Source: Escherichia phage vB_EcoM_EP32a. From it: a DNA stretch of 64,000 nucleotides. Where the stretch lies: sequence record OR544954. The stretch is one strand, 5' to 3'. How positions within the stretch are numbered: position 1 is the first letter of the stretch; each line of letters begins with the position of its first letter. Shown piece after piece: positions 35,877-46,074 of the stretch. The notes below the pieces were generated by a model. It was not told where the DNA came from, made no database searches, and saw nothing but the letters and a program-made list of their open reading frames with translations. Both the position numbers and the translations under genes were made by a program.

Positions 35877-36170
35877 CTATTTTATAAAGACTTTTGACGA
35901 GGCCTGAGAAACAGTATCCCCGCATGAAATTGGGTCAGCCATTTGAACGGCCTTTTTACCGGTGACGTATACTTTAGATGTACGAGGTTCAGTAACACCT
36001 CCATGAGTCTCGTATGGTTTTTTAATTTCTGTATGAGGTGTTATTTGGTCTCCTGCCACAAGAACAGGAATACCGCCGGTGAACACTTTAGATTGGGAAG
36101 CATTTATTACAGTAGGAGGCCATGCTTCATGACCTGTTGTAACGCACTTGTCGTAACTTAAGCCAGACAT
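35877..36170 (-). CDS. 5.4: PAAR-repeat spike tip protein gp5.4
   Basis: ORF track gives 115 aa; probable start [25 protein letters not shown]... (97 aa); PAAR-like motifs; between genes 5 and 6. Confidence 0.8.
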   Translation of the reverse strand: MSGLSYDKCVTTGHEAWPPTVINASQSKVFTGGIPVLVAGDQITPHTEIKKPYETHGGVTEPRTSKVYVTGKKAVQMADPISCGDTVSQASSKVFIK

Positions 36171-36172
36171 TT

Positions 36173-36688
36173 TCACGGCCTCACATAAACGTAGTTTCGT
36201 AATTGATGAGCCCATTTGCTCCAATTTCCTACTATAGTTTTTGTATAAACCTTAGTAAGAGTTTTTTGTACTGGAGCCGGTGGAGGTTCTGTACCAGAGT
36301 CACTTCTAGAACCGCCTGATGAACTTTCTTCTTGGTAGTTATAAATCATTTCAACCGTATAACTAAACACTTTACGAAGATTCTGAGGAGCTCTCCACAA
36401 ATATAACTGGGTTGATTCATCTTTTGGTAAATCATCCCATGAAGATGCGGTTTCAAAATTATCATTTAATCGGTATTTCAATGCGTCTGAAGAAAAGCTA
36501 AACACACTTTCATATGTTCCATATAAACGATTACCATCTACCGTAATGCCTTGTGTCGGTTCATAATCTGTTATATTTATTGACACTAAAGTTTCGGTTG
36601 TTTCTAACTGTGGAGTAAAAAGGACGTCAATAGACGCCCCTTCCATGTCTTCTCCTAAGTCGGTATTTAAAGGAAGTATTTGTGCCAT
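36173..36688 (-). CDS. hypothetical protein (gene 5.1 position)
   Basis: 171 aa ORF between gp5 and gp5.4. Confidence 0.6.
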   Translation of the reverse strand: MAQILPLNTDLGEDMEGASIDVLFTPQLETTETLVSINITDYEPTQGITVDGNRLYGTYESVFSFSSDALKYRLNDNFETASSWDDLPKDESTQLYLWRAPQNLRKVFSYTVEMIYNYQEESSSGGSRSDSGTEPPPAPVQKTLTKVYTKTIVGNWSKWAHQLRNYVYVRP

Positions 36689-36691
36689 ATA

Positions 36692-38425
36692 TTACCCAAT
36701 ATCAATACGAGATCCGTCAACAGTGTATTGTCCTGAAGCTACTGAGCTCATTGTAGACATTGTTTCTGCCCAATCCCCTGCAACAGTCATATCAACATTA
36801 CCGTTAACAGTCCATTTAACGTTTCCGTTGACGGTGTAATCATGATTCCCTTCGACCTGAGTTTTAGCATCACCTTTAACAAGAATATCTGCATTTCCGT
36901 CAACAACTATTTTGATATTCCCCTTAACGTAAAGAGTTCCATCACCTTCAACAGTTTTAGTTTGATTACCACGAATAAAGATTGTGTCATTGCCGTCTAT
37001 TTGATGGAGGCGGTCTGCCATGTTATAATATATTTCATTAGCGCCAACGTTAACAAGCTTATCGCCAGAAATCAAGAAGTTCCCATCACCATTAGTGATG
37101 TCATAAAGGTCTTCTACAGTTTTACGAGTACGACGCCCGGACGGAGAAACTTCCTCATATGACCCTGTTGGATGAACTAAGCGATAACGTTCATTACCTG
37201 GAGTATCGTCAAATTCTTGGATATGACCACTTTCTGTTTCCATAGCATGAACGTATGGATACTCACCACGATAACTTGATTCTGGTTCTTTAAAAAGGAT
37301 GCGTGAATCTAATGGAACAGGAGGACCAGCCGGGTCTTCTGAATCGGTATTTCTAGTAACTAAATCGGCACCAACTCCTGGTGAAGGAGGTGTTTTAACA
37401 GGAACACCGTATGATTCCATATTACCTGTTAAAATAATTGTTGTTACACGTGAAGCGCGTCCTTTAGTCTGTTGGAACCATAATGAATCGCGCCCAGATT
37501 TGTATGCAGTTTTCCAATCACCTTCGGCCATTGCTTTAAGCATAGTATTGAATTTTGCTACACCACCAACGCCCATTTGGAAGCACATGTTTTCTAATGC
37601 CATTTGGCGAGATCTGTTCATTTTAGCATAAACAGGACCCACTTTAGAATTAGAACGAATGTCTTTCTGCATCTTAGCAAGGTCTTTCTCAAATAACGCT
37701 GTTGCTTCTTCTAATGTAATAGTCCCGGGATTTCCTGTTACTTCACGCCCTACTTGATCAGATAACAATTTATTAATTCGAGACATATCTCGGGTCTTTT
37801 CCATTACGATAAGGTGTCCAATACCTACTGTAGGATACCCGAGATGGTCCCAATACACTTTATCACGAAGACCTTCGTCACGACGTAACATTTCTGTTAT
37901 TGTAAAATTAGGGTCATCATCTTCTGGAATATTTGCTAAATCTGTATCATCTGGGTTTATACCATAATCCAAGTTGTTATCTTGAATTACGTTAGAGTTC
38001 GAATAATAACCAGCTTCACCACCTTGGTTTAATACGTTCGTATCATTACCTAAACGTCGTGGATATTGACCTGTAGGGTCGGAAAAACCTTCGAGTCTAT
38101 TAGGCTTTTCGCGTACAATTCCACCGTATGTACCGAGTACAATACCGTTTGTTTTCCATTTGTCTAAGAAATGACCATATACTCTAGTTCCTTCAACAGG
38201 ACCTGTAACAGAACCACCAATACCTGACATTGACGCAGACGTAATAGGTTGAATAACAGTCATCCACGGAAGTTTTTCTGTAGGAATACCTTGTACGTCA
38301 CCTTGTGCTCTCTGTGCCGGATGAAGACCAACGACTCGAACTCGAACTCGCCCTTGTTTTAATGGGTCCATTCTGTCCTCGACAACACCAACGAACCAAT
38401 TAAGGCTACTGCTAATCATTTCCAT
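36692..38425 (-). CDS. 5: baseplate central spike / tail lysozyme gp5
   Basis: 577 aa ORF; T4-lysozyme-like domain (GLRDKVYWDHLGYPTVGIGHLI) and C-terminal beta-helix VxGxxxx repeats. Confidence 0.95.
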   Translation of the reverse strand: MEMISSSLNWFVGVVEDRMDPLKQGRVRVRVVGLHPAQRAQGDVQGIPTEKLPWMTVIQPITSASMSGIGGSVTGPVEGTRVYGHFLDKWKTNGIVLGTYGGIVREKPNRLEGFSDPTGQYPRRLGNDTNVLNQGGEAGYYSNSNVIQDNNLDYGINPDDTDLANIPEDDDPNFTITEMLRRDEGLRDKVYWDHLGYPTVGIGHLIVMEKTRDMSRINKLLSDQVGREVTGNPGTITLEEATALFEKDLAKMQKDIRSNSKVGPVYAKMNRSRQMALENMCFQMGVGGVAKFNTMLKAMAEGDWKTAYKSGRDSLWFQQTKGRASRVTTIILTGNMESYGVPVKTPPSPGVGADLVTRNTDSEDPAGPPVPLDSRILFKEPESSYRGEYPYVHAMETESGHIQEFDDTPGNERYRLVHPTGSYEEVSPSGRRTRKTVEDLYDITNGDGNFLISGDKLVNVGANEIYYNMADRLHQIDGNDTIFIRGNQTKTVEGDGTLYVKGNIKIVVDGNADILVKGDAKTQVEGNHDYTVNGNVKWTVNGNVDMTVAGDWAETMSTMSSVASGQYTVDGSRIDIG

Positions 38426-39000
38426 TATGCAATCTCCATCTCACGAATCAAATCTGTGATAAACGAGTTTATATCTTCTTTTGCAACAATTTTTATTTTA
38501 CGAAGTTTTTCATTATCTAATACTGCCGCTTCATAAGTATCTACTGCAGCTAAAGGTCCTTTATATTGCGGATACTTACGAGCTTCATCACCTTTATCGT
38601 ACCACACTAAAGGCTCGTCCGGATATGAAACCAAATTGTAAAATTTCTCACGGTTCTCGTTAATATGATAAAGAATTTGGTCTCCGCCGGCATTTGCATA
38701 TTTCTGAATAGAAGCTTGATACGCTGCTTCCTGAGATGTAATCCAACCATAATACGGGTCGTAGTTATCGTTGCACATCAAAAGAACCCAGTATAATTGT
38801 GGGTTTCCATAAATTATGTTTGCTAGTTCTTCAGGACGTGGAGAGCCTTTAATGTAATAAGAACGTAATCTATAATTGGCCGCCACACGCTTAAAGTACT
38901 CTTTATAGTTACGAAATATGTCTGTCATAGGAATAGTAGGTGCATTCTTATTAACTGTTTTAGCACTATATCCTATTGGGTCGAAGAATGTAAATAACAA
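38425..39000 (-). CDS. 53: baseplate wedge protein gp53
   Basis: 191 aa ORF upstream of gene 5, divergent from gene 4. Confidence 0.85.
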   Translation of the reverse strand: MLFTFFDPIGYSAKTVNKNAPTIPMTDIFRNYKEYFKRVAANYRLRSYYIKGSPRPEELANIIYGNPQLYWVLLMCNDNYDPYYGWITSQEAAYQASIQKYANAGGDQILYHINENREKFYNLVSYPDEPLVWYDKGDEARKYPQYKGPLAAVDTYEAAVLDNEKLRKIKIVAKEDINSFITDLIREMEIA

Positions 39001-39027
39001 GATAGTCTCCTTCCAATATGAAATTGG

Positions 39028-39050
39028 TATAAATAATAATACTATTTATA
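39028..39050. promoter_or_regulatory. divergent late promoters for gene 4 (+) and gene 53 (-)
   Basis: TATAAATA at 39028-39035 (plus; gene 4 ATG at 39062) and tatttata at 39043-39050 (TATAAATA on minus; gene 53 ATG at 39000). Confidence 0.6.
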
Positions 39051-39061
39051 AGGAGGACAAC

Positions 39062-39511
39062 ATGGCCTACTCTGGTAAATGGGTCCCAAAAAATTTAAAA
39101 AAATACCGTGGAGACCATACCAAAATAACGTATCGTTCAAACTGGGAAAAATTCTTTTTCGAATGGTTGGATAAAAATCCAGAAATTATTGCATGGGGTA
39201 GTGAAACAGCAGTAATTCCATATTTTTGTAATGCTGAAGGTAAGAAACGTCGATACTATATGGACATATGGATGAAAGATGCATCAGGCCAAGAGTTTTT
39301 TGTAGAAATAAAACCAAAGAAAGAAACTCAACCACCTATTAAGCCCGTAAATCTTACGACCGCAGCAAAGAAACGTTATATGAATGAAATCTACACGTGG
39401 TCTGTGAACTGTGACAAATGGAAAGCTGCTTCAGCTGTTGCTGAAAAGAGAAATATAAAATTTCGAGTTCTAACCGAAGATGGACTTAGGAAACTCGGAT
39501 ACAAGGGGTAA
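39062..39511 (+). CDS. 4: head completion protein gp4
   Basis: ORF track starts at 38918 but RBS aaggagg plus the Met at 39062 ([18 protein letters not shown]...) match the T4 gp4 N-terminus (150 aa). Confidence 0.9.
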   Translation: MAYSGKWVPKNLKKYRGDHTKITYRSNWEKFFFEWLDKNPEIIAWGSETAVIPYFCNAEGKKRRYYMDIWMKDASGQEFFVEIKPKKETQPPIKPVNLTTAAKKRYMNEIYTWSVNCDKWKAASAVAEKRNIKFRVLTEDGLRKLGYKG

Positions 39512-39513
39512 TT

Positions 39514-40335
39514 ATGAGCATATTCCAAATTATATCTGAAGGCGTACAAGCCCCTAAGATTGCTCAGTCTATGAATGAAAGAAAATGGATTGAGATAGGA
39601 TTAGAATACAAGAAAGCTAAAGAGAAAGGAATCACTGCAAAAGCATTTGCAGAATCAAAAGGAATAAAATACTCGTCGTTTACATCTGCAATGTCTAGAT
39701 ATGCATCATCTATTAAGACTGCACAGAAAATTGAAACGCTTGAATCTAAACCTAAAAATAAACTCAATAAGCAAGAACGTCAACTTCTGATGATAAACTC
39801 GTTTCGCAGTTCAATACGAGAAAAGATTAGAAATGAAGGCGCAGCAGTAAACAACAAATCATCTAAGTGGTTTGTTGAAACAATTAAGAAAAGTGTAAAA
39901 GGTCATAAAGTAGTCAAACCTACGCCAGGCAAAATTTATACTTACGTTTATGATGCTAAACATAAAGATACTCTGCCATACTGGGACCGATATCCTTTGA
40001 TTATTTATTTAGGATTAGGTAAACATAATTTGATGTATGGGTTAAACTTGCACTATATCCCACCTAAAGCGCGTCAACAGTTTCTTGAAGAATTGCTGAA
40101 GCAATATGCTAGCACAACTACTATTACTAATAACACAAAGTTGAAAATAGACTGGAGTAAGGTGAAAGGATTTCAAGGTGCTGACAAAATGATTAAAGCA
40201 TACTTGCCAGGCCACATTAGAGGAACAATAACAGAAATAGCTCCTAAAGACTGGGCTAACATAATCATGTTACCTACTCAGCAGTTTATGTCAAAAGGAA
40301 AACGTTTCTCTGCGAATACTGTTTGGAAATCTTAA
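39514..40335 (+). CDS. 2: DNA end protector gp2
   Basis: 273 aa ORF in the 4-2-3-1 order as in T4. Confidence 0.85.
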   Translation: MSIFQIISEGVQAPKIAQSMNERKWIEIGLEYKKAKEKGITAKAFAESKGIKYSSFTSAMSRYASSIKTAQKIETLESKPKNKLNKQERQLLMINSFRSSIREKIRNEGAAVNNKSSKWFVETIKKSVKGHKVVKPTPGKIYTYVYDAKHKDTLPYWDRYPLIIYLGLGKHNLMYGLNLHYIPPKARQQFLEELLKQYASTTTITNNTKLKIDWSKVKGFQGADKMIKAYLPGHIRGTITEIAPKDWANIIMLPTQQFMSKGKRFSANTVWKS

Positions 40336-40437
40336 TTCTATTCTCTTCCGTTCGTCTGATATTCTATTGAACCGGATTAATGGAAGAGACCTAAAACCAT
40401 TATACTGCATTTTTATTAAAGCGTTTTTGAGGTGCTT

Positions 40438-41022
40438 ATGACTCGTCCAGCGAGACAGATTTTTAACCAAACAAATATAACAAACTTTGTTGTGGATATC
40501 CCAGATAGTACACGAACTTCAGGTTTTGTGCTCAATGCCCAAACGGCTCCATTGCCAGGTGTGAGAATTCCTGTTGTTGAAACTGTGACAGGCACAATGG
40601 GGCTAGGACGTGCAATGCGTGCAGGCACCACATTTGAATATGACCCTTTTATTGTACGATTTATAGTTGATGAAGACATGACGTCCTGGATGAACATGTA
40701 TAAATGGATGCTCAGCACTAATAACTATATAACCGGCCATAATACAGCCCACTCTGATGGTCCTGAGTTTGTTACTTTGCACATTTTAAACAACAATAAG
40801 ACCGAAGTAGTTTTGACGGCAAATTTCTATAAACCATGGATTTCTGATTTGAGTGAAATTGAATTTAGTTACACTGAAGACTCCGACCCTGCCGTTACGT
40901 GCGTAGCAACTATTCATTACGCTTATATGACGATAGAAAAAGATGGTGAAGTCATTGTATCTCAACAACCACGTCAAGCGGTCGAATCTAAATCCATTTC
41001 TAGACACCCTTCCTTGCGTTAA
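40438..41022 (+). CDS. 3: tail completion / tube terminator gp3
   Basis: RBS gaggtg then ATG at 40438 (MTRPARQIFNQ...); position between genes 2 and 1. Confidence 0.8.
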   Translation: MTRPARQIFNQTNITNFVVDIPDSTRTSGFVLNAQTAPLPGVRIPVVETVTGTMGLGRAMRAGTTFEYDPFIVRFIVDEDMTSWMNMYKWMLSTNNYITGHNTAHSDGPEFVTLHILNNNKTEVVLTANFYKPWISDLSEIEFSYTEDSDPAVTCVATIHYAYMTIEKDGEVIVSQQPRQAVESKSISRHPSLR

Positions 41023-41075
41023 TCGCTTCTAGCTCCGTATGTTATAATCACTCATAAATTATATGAGGAAAACCT

Positions 41076-41810
41076 ATGGAGCTAATCTTTTTAAGCGGCA
41101 TCAAACGTAGTGGTAAAGACACCACTGCTGATTACATCAATTCAAACTTTAAATCCGTAAAATATCAATTGGCATATCCAATTAAAGACGCTCTAGCAAT
41201 AGCCTGGGGACGTAGGCATGCTGAAAATCCTGATGTATTCACAGAGTTGAAATACGAATACTTTGAAGGCATTGGATACGACCGTGAAACACCATTAAAT
41301 CTCAATAAGTTGGATGTTATTGAATTATTGGAAGAAGCGCTAATTTATTTGCAAAGCCAATATTTACCAATTAATAATGTTAAAGTATTATCATCGTTAG
41401 AAGGTGGATATTCGTATCTAGATATTAAACCATATGAAGCCCTGCGTGAAGCTATAAATAATATCAACGACACATGGTCAATCCGCCGTCTTATGCAAGC
41501 CCTCGGTACGGATGTTGTCGTTAATTTATTTGACCGTATGTATTGGGTTAAACTTTTTGCATTAAACTATATGGATTATATTGGAAGTGATTTCGATTAC
41601 TATGTCGTAACCGATACACGTCAAGTCCATGAAATGGAAACCGCTAGAGCGATGGGTGCTACAGTTATTCATGTGGTTCGCTCTGGTACGGAATCCACCG
41701 ATAAACATATTACAGAAGCTGGGTTGCCTATTGAAGAAGGCGATTTAGTTATTACAAACGACGGCTCTTTAGAAGAGCTTTATTCTAAAATTGAAACAAT
41801 CTTAAGGTAA
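41076..41810 (+). CDS. 1: deoxynucleoside monophosphate kinase gp1
   Basis: 244 aa ORF with P-loop GIKRSGKDT near the N-terminus. Confidence 0.9.
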   Translation: MELIFLSGIKRSGKDTTADYINSNFKSVKYQLAYPIKDALAIAWGRRHAENPDVFTELKYEYFEGIGYDRETPLNLNKLDVIELLEEALIYLQSQYLPINNVKVLSSLEGGYSYLDIKPYEALREAINNINDTWSIRRLMQALGTDVVVNLFDRMYWVKLFALNYMDYIGSDFDYYVVTDTRQVHEMETARAMGATVIHVVRSGTESTDKHITEAGLPIEEGDLVITNDGSLEELYSKIETILR

Positions 41811-41814
41811 TAAA

Positions 41815-42500
<686 letters not shown>

Positions 42501-42513
42501 TTTTTACAAAACA

Positions 42514-42577
42514 GTTTACATAAGGATGATGGTGTGTTACTATCATCCTATCAAATAAACAGCCTCAAGGAAATAAA
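42514..42577 (+). promoter_or_regulatory. early promoter / stem-loop cassette (PeSL-like) upstream of ipI
   Basis: GTTTACA -35, 17-18 nt spacer, TACTAT -10; 8-bp inverted repeat aggatgat/atcatcct spans the -10; A-rich leader. Confidence 0.65.
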
Positions 42578-42865
42578 ATGAAAACCTATAAAGAATTTAT
42601 ATCACCTGTTGCTAACGTTTCTACTCTGACCGAAGCATCCCTTACTTCTGAAGTTATTAAAACAAATAAAGGACGTGAGGGTAAACCAATGATTAGTCTG
42701 GTTGATGGTGAAGAAGTAAAAGGTACTGTTTACTTAGGGGATGGATGGTCTGCTAAGAAAGATGGCGCTACTATTGTTATCTCTCCGGCTGAAGAGACTG
42801 CACTGTTTAAAGCTAAGCATATTTCTGTAGCTCAGCTTAAAATTATTGCAAAAACTCTTCTGTAA
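42578..42865 (+). CDS. ipI: internal protein I-like (capsid-targeted internal protein)
   Basis: 95 aa ORF; N-terminal capsid targeting sequence MKTYKEFIS and an LTE motif that fits the gp21 cleavage pattern. Confidence 0.8.
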   Translation: MKTYKEFISPVANVSTLTEASLTSEVIKTNKGREGKPMISLVDGEEVKGTVYLGDGWSAKKDGATIVISPAEETALFKAKHISVAQLKIIAKTLL

Positions 42866-42868
42866 GTA

Positions 42869-42935
42869 GTTTACATGCTGATAGGACTATGTTATAGTAG
42901 TCCTATCAAATCAAATGAGTAAATGGAGAAATAAA
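42869..42935 (+). promoter_or_regulatory. PeSL-like early promoter cassette
   Basis: GTTTACA, spacer, TATAGT; perfect 10-bp inverted repeat gataggacta/tagtcctatc; leader caaatcaaatgagtaaatggagaaataaaATG. Confidence 0.65.
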
Positions 42936-43121
42936 ATGAAACGCGCTGAACTGATTCGTAATGTTGCTGTAGTAATTGCTTCAATGGCTTTTAGTTTTTC
43001 GATGTTTGTAGGATTCATTTGTGGACTACTGACAACAACTGAAAACTCTATCTCATTGGTAGTAGCATTTCTAATCGGCTTAATCGCTATCGTTATGGAT
43101 AAAATTGCAAAAGGTGAGTAA
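42936..43121 (+). CDS. small membrane protein (one or two TM helices)
   Basis: ORF track starts at 42915; Met at 42936 follows the conserved leader RBS; hydrophobic core AVVIASMAFSFSMFVGFICGLL. Confidence 0.6.
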   Translation: MKRAELIRNVAVVIASMAFSFSMFVGFICGLLTTTENSISLVVAFLIGLIAIVMDKIAKGE

Positions 43122-43122
43122 A

Positions 43123-43485
43123 ATGAAATATCACGTATATGCTGATTTTGAAGCAAATCCTTCTAAAGACCCGGATTGTCGTTTGATACGTAATCCGTTT
43201 GATTCAGCAGCTCAAGCATGGACTTGGATTAAATCTAAATCGCCTGGTTATATGTTCTTTGAAGTAGTCGATGACAATGGTACACTGCATCCAGAACCTA
43301 CAGAAACTATTAATTTCCTTCTGTTTGCTGGTTATGACTGTTATCCTCTTGGTGGTATTGACGACCTTGTTGCTACAGGAAAAACTGTTGAGGCTCTTCG
43401 CGAAATTTATAAAAACGCAGAAGAAAATTTTGACTGGTATCATATTGTCAGTGCACATACTTTTGAAGTGGTGGAACACTCATGA
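43123..43485 (+). CDS. hypothetical protein
   Basis: ORF track starts at 43105; Met at 43123 preceded by ggtgag RBS; 120 aa. Confidence 0.6.
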   Translation: MKYHVYADFEANPSKDPDCRLIRNPFDSAAQAWTWIKSKSPGYMFFEVVDDNGTLHPEPTETINFLLFAGYDCYPLGGIDDLVATGKTVEALREIYKNAEENFDWYHIVSAHTFEVVEHS

Positions 43486-43552
43486 TTCTTTACGCTAAAG
43501 TAAAATCTGTCGAGAACGGATATGAAAGCGACTAGTCGATGACTATGGTATT

Positions 43553-43753
43553 TTGACTAATTTTGAAGTTGAAAAGGTTTATATCGACCGTTCATCTTCG
43601 CAAGTTAAATTACTCTGTGAAGATGATAAATTTAACACAGTGAACTTTGATTTCTTTATTGAAACAGAAAAAGGCCCTCTTGAATATGATATTTTCAAGA
43701 ATCCTTTGAAATTACGTTGCATTGAATATAATTACATTAATATGGTACGGTGA
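43553..43753 (+). CDS. hypothetical ORF with non-ATG (TTG) start, possibly decayed
   Basis: 66 aa ORF, no clear RBS and no ATG start. Confidence 0.3.
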   Translation: MTNFEVEKVYIDRSSSQVKLLCEDDKFNTVNFDFFIETEKGPLEYDIFKNPLKLRCIEYNYINMVR

Positions 43754-43850
43754 TTAAATGAATATTCGTTTAGGCAGTACAATTCCTAAGGGCTACGTAA
43801 TTGATGTCACTACCTAGGAAAATGATGGTGACAACTATAAAACCAAAACA

Positions 43851-44273
43851 TTGTTTGAAGTGGAAGAGCATGAGCTCCAACAGTTTAAATATCTCTTGAA
43901 GAAATTTAAGAGTCGTCATTCTAGCACTAAAGCCGAACGTTATTGTGGTAATACACCATTCAGTGATTGCTCGCTTTTAATCTATGAATACTTGGTTGAA
44001 GGGCTGTTCTCAGACCAGCTTTATCCAGAATTTATTAAAAAGGTCTTTGATATTGAAGTCGACCTCGGTAATAAATCTGAAGAAGACGAAGCGCGTGTAT
44101 TTGACCTGTTCCATGAGAATGGATATTTAGTATCAGAAGGTCTCATTGATATTCTTGGCCATGCTTCTGAATACTATGATTACGATTTCTTGCGTGTAGT
44201 TGAACGTGTCGAATTTGCTTATATTGAAGAAGAAATCGTTTTGCCAACCGTTAAAATGGTTGATTTGCTTTAA
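43851..44273 (+). CDS. hypothetical acidic protein, TTG start or frameshifted
   Basis: 140 aa ORF with no in-frame ATG near the 5' end; a short out-of-frame ATG ORF (from 43822) runs into it. Confidence 0.35.
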   Translation: MFEVEEHELQQFKYLLKKFKSRHSSTKAERYCGNTPFSDCSLLIYEYLVEGLFSDQLYPEFIKKVFDIEVDLGNKSEEDEARVFDLFHENGYLVSEGLIDILGHASEYYDYDFLRVVERVEFAYIEEEIVLPTVKMVDLL

Positions 44274-44352
44274 GAATTATGTGTTATTATTAATTCATAC
44301 CCTCTATTACCAAAGGTGCTCTAAAGTGCCTTTCATAATAGAAAGTTATTTA

Positions 44353-44426
44353 GGCCCTGTAGCTCAATGGTTAGCAGCAGTCCCCTCATAAGGGAAAGGT
44401 TACCAGTTCGAATCTGGTCTGGGTCA
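44353..44426 (+). tRNA. tRNA with anticodon CAU (Met or Ile2-type)
   Basis: Hand-folded cloverleaf: acceptor ggccctg pairs with ctgggtc (one U-U), D-loop with GG, anticodon loop cuCAUaa, T-arm accag-TTCGAAT-ctggt; D-stem only 3 bp. Confidence 0.6.
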
Positions 44427-44432
44427 TATATT

Positions 44433-44509
<77 letters not shown>

Positions 44510-44527
44510 ACTTTAAGTGAGGAAAAT

Positions 44528-44923
44528 ATGAAAGGCAATGTTTATCTGGTAGTTCATGATTTAACGTTTTATTTTAACGAACGTGAAACAGTTATTTCCG
44601 ACCGGTTGATTAATTCGTTATATCAACACGCTGATTACGTTTATTTCCAAAATGAATTTGGCCATTGGAAGTTCATTAAAAACCGTTCTGGGTTAACTAG
44701 TTTTGAATACTTTGACCGTAAAGACCTTTTAAACGAAATCCCATTGCAACATCGGTTCCAGAAACGCGAATCATTATATTATTGCCGTCATATATCAAAT
44801 GCTGAATGTGTTGATGAAGTAATTAATCTATGGCGTAGACGTAGAGAAAACAAATTGATGATATGTCAAAATAAGAAGCCGGGTCGCTACCGGCAAGTCG
44901 TCGGACTGATGTTCCCTGAGTAA
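44528..44923 (+). CDS. hypothetical basic protein embedded in the tRNA cluster
   Basis: ORF track starts at 44480 inside tRNA-Arg; RBS gaggaaa plus Met at 44528 (MKGNVYLVVHDL...), 131 aa; no GIY-YIG or HNH motif seen. Confidence 0.55.
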   Translation: MKGNVYLVVHDLTFYFNERETVISDRLINSLYQHADYVYFQNEFGHWKFIKNRSGLTSFEYFDRKDLLNEIPLQHRFQKRESLYYCRHISNAECVDEVINLWRRRRENKLMICQNKKPGRYRQVVGLMFPE

Positions 44924-45042
44924 GGACTGGTCTTAATAAATCTTTACGATTTGTTAATATCCCCTTACATCACAGCAGAAACGGCGCACCGAATTATCGA
45001 TTCGAGGAAATATCTTTGCCGTAAGCCGAGTAGCGTTTTTGA

Positions 45043-45134
45043 CGGAACGTTCGGATATGGTCGAGATATGGCCTTTTAAAAATATTGAGTAGCGTCAACT
45101 GCTTAATAACCGGGTTCGAATCCCGGCGTTTCGT
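45043..45134 (+). ncRNA. tRNA-like element (canonical T-arm and 7-bp acceptor stem, non-canonical interior)
   Basis: ccggg-TTCGAAT-cccgg T-arm; cggaacg pairs 7/7 with cgtttcg; D and anticodon arms could not be folded canonically by eye. Possible type II tRNA, pseudo-tRNA or stable RNA. Confidence 0.35.
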
Positions 45135-45186
45135 ACAAACACTTTGCCTTAGTAGGTGGAACCCCGACAAGGTTGCCGCAAGGCTT

Positions 45187-45214
45187 AGCCCCTTCCGAAA
45201 GGTCGGGGCTTTTT
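45187..45214 (+). terminator. intrinsic terminator with GAAA tetraloop
   Basis: agcccc-ttCC-GAAA-GGtc-ggggct followed by TTTTT, directly upstream of the next RBS. Confidence 0.6.
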
Positions 45215-45226
45215 GAGGAAAATGTT

Positions 45227-45529
45227 ATGAGTCTTTACACTGAACTGAATAAAAAATCTGAAGAATCTGCTGAAACTATTTTTAAAAACGTGCAAAAGCG
45301 TATTTTAGAAAAGATGTATAACGCTGCAGCTAAAGGTGAAAAATCTTGCCGGTTTCCGATTAGGTGTTCTTCCGATTTATGCGCAAATACTATTGAATGG
45401 TTGGAAAGTGAAGGTCTTACGGTAGAGAAAAACCCGGCGACTTCTATTGGCAGTGAATCATATATTAGTATTTCTTGGGATAAATCAACAAAATTAAAAA
45501 TAATGATGTACAAGCACCAAGGATGGTGA
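45227..45529 (+). CDS. hypothetical protein
   Basis: ORF track starts at 45173; RBS gaggaaaa plus Met at 45227 (MSLYTELNKK...), about 100 aa. Confidence 0.6.
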   Translation: MSLYTELNKKSEESAETIFKNVQKRILEKMYNAAAKGEKSCRFPIRCSSDLCANTIEWLESEGLTVEKNPATSIGSESYISISWDKSTKLKIMMYKHQGW

Positions 45530-45565
45530 TACTATAGACTTATCAACTACAAAGGAGTAAACAAA
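45507..45565 (+). promoter_or_regulatory. early promoter cassette, near-duplicate of 10055-10114
   Basis: TGTACA -35, 17-nt spacer, TACTAT -10, then tagacttatcaactacaaaggagtaaacaaaATG. Confidence 0.6.
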
Positions 45566-45730
45566 ATGACTACTTTAATTATTTGGTTCGATGAAAATGA
45601 AGAAACATACTGTGTGAATATTGGTGAAAGTCCAATGCCTGAATTTGAATCCTCAGATAAAAACTCTGTTGTATCTTGGGCTGAAGGTTATAAAGCCGCT
45701 AAAGGTGACGTTGAAATAATTTACATCTAA
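45566..45730 (+). CDS. hypothetical small protein (54 aa), absent from the ORF track
   Basis: ATG at 45566 after the conserved leader and RBS aaggag; MTTLIIWFDENEETYCVNIG... Confidence 0.5.
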   Translation: MTTLIIWFDENEETYCVNIGESPMPEFESSDKNSVVSWAEGYKAAKGDVEIIYI

Positions 45731-45776
45731 GTAAGTTTATGTTATAGTAATCACATCAAATAAAGAGGAAAACAAA
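45720..45776 (+). promoter_or_regulatory. early promoter (TTTACA, 17 nt, TATAGT)
   Basis: Sigma70-type -35/-10 with 17-nt spacing, then RBS agagga and ATG at 45777. Confidence 0.55.
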
Positions 45777-46004
45777 ATGGCTAAAGTTAGTATTGATGTC
45801 GTTGATTATGAATACACCGAAGAAGTTATTCGCAACCGACACCCTGAAGTTCGTATCGATTCAGTCCAAGATTCCAAGTTCTGGACAACTGAGCTTAATC
45901 TGAGTGGTCCTTATGAAGCTGTTAAGAAGTTCATGGTTGAAGAATACTGCGAAGGCATGCACCCTGAAGATGCAGAATTTTATGTCAACTTGATTAAAAA
46001 ATAA
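45777..46004 (+). CDS. hypothetical protein
   Basis: 75 aa ORF with RBS agaggaaaa. Confidence 0.6.
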   Translation: MAKVSIDVVDYEYTEEVIRNRHPEVRIDSVQDSKFWTTELNLSGPYEAVKKFMVEEYCEGMHPEDAEFYVNLIKK

Positions 46005-46074
46005 TTTACAAACTCTCGAGAGCAGAGTATAATGCTCTCGTTGGATAATAAACCACCAATTGAAAGGTAATAAT
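46005..46074 (+). promoter_or_regulatory. early promoter / stem-loop cassette
   Basis: TTTACA, 17 nt, TATAAT; inverted repeat ctcgagagc/gctctcg around the -10. Confidence 0.6.

Noticed and set aside
44528-44923. Homing endonuclease (segB-like) in the tRNA cluster
   Set aside because: The ORF occupies a segB-like position but I could not find GIY-YIG or HNH catalytic motifs, so it is left as hypothetical.
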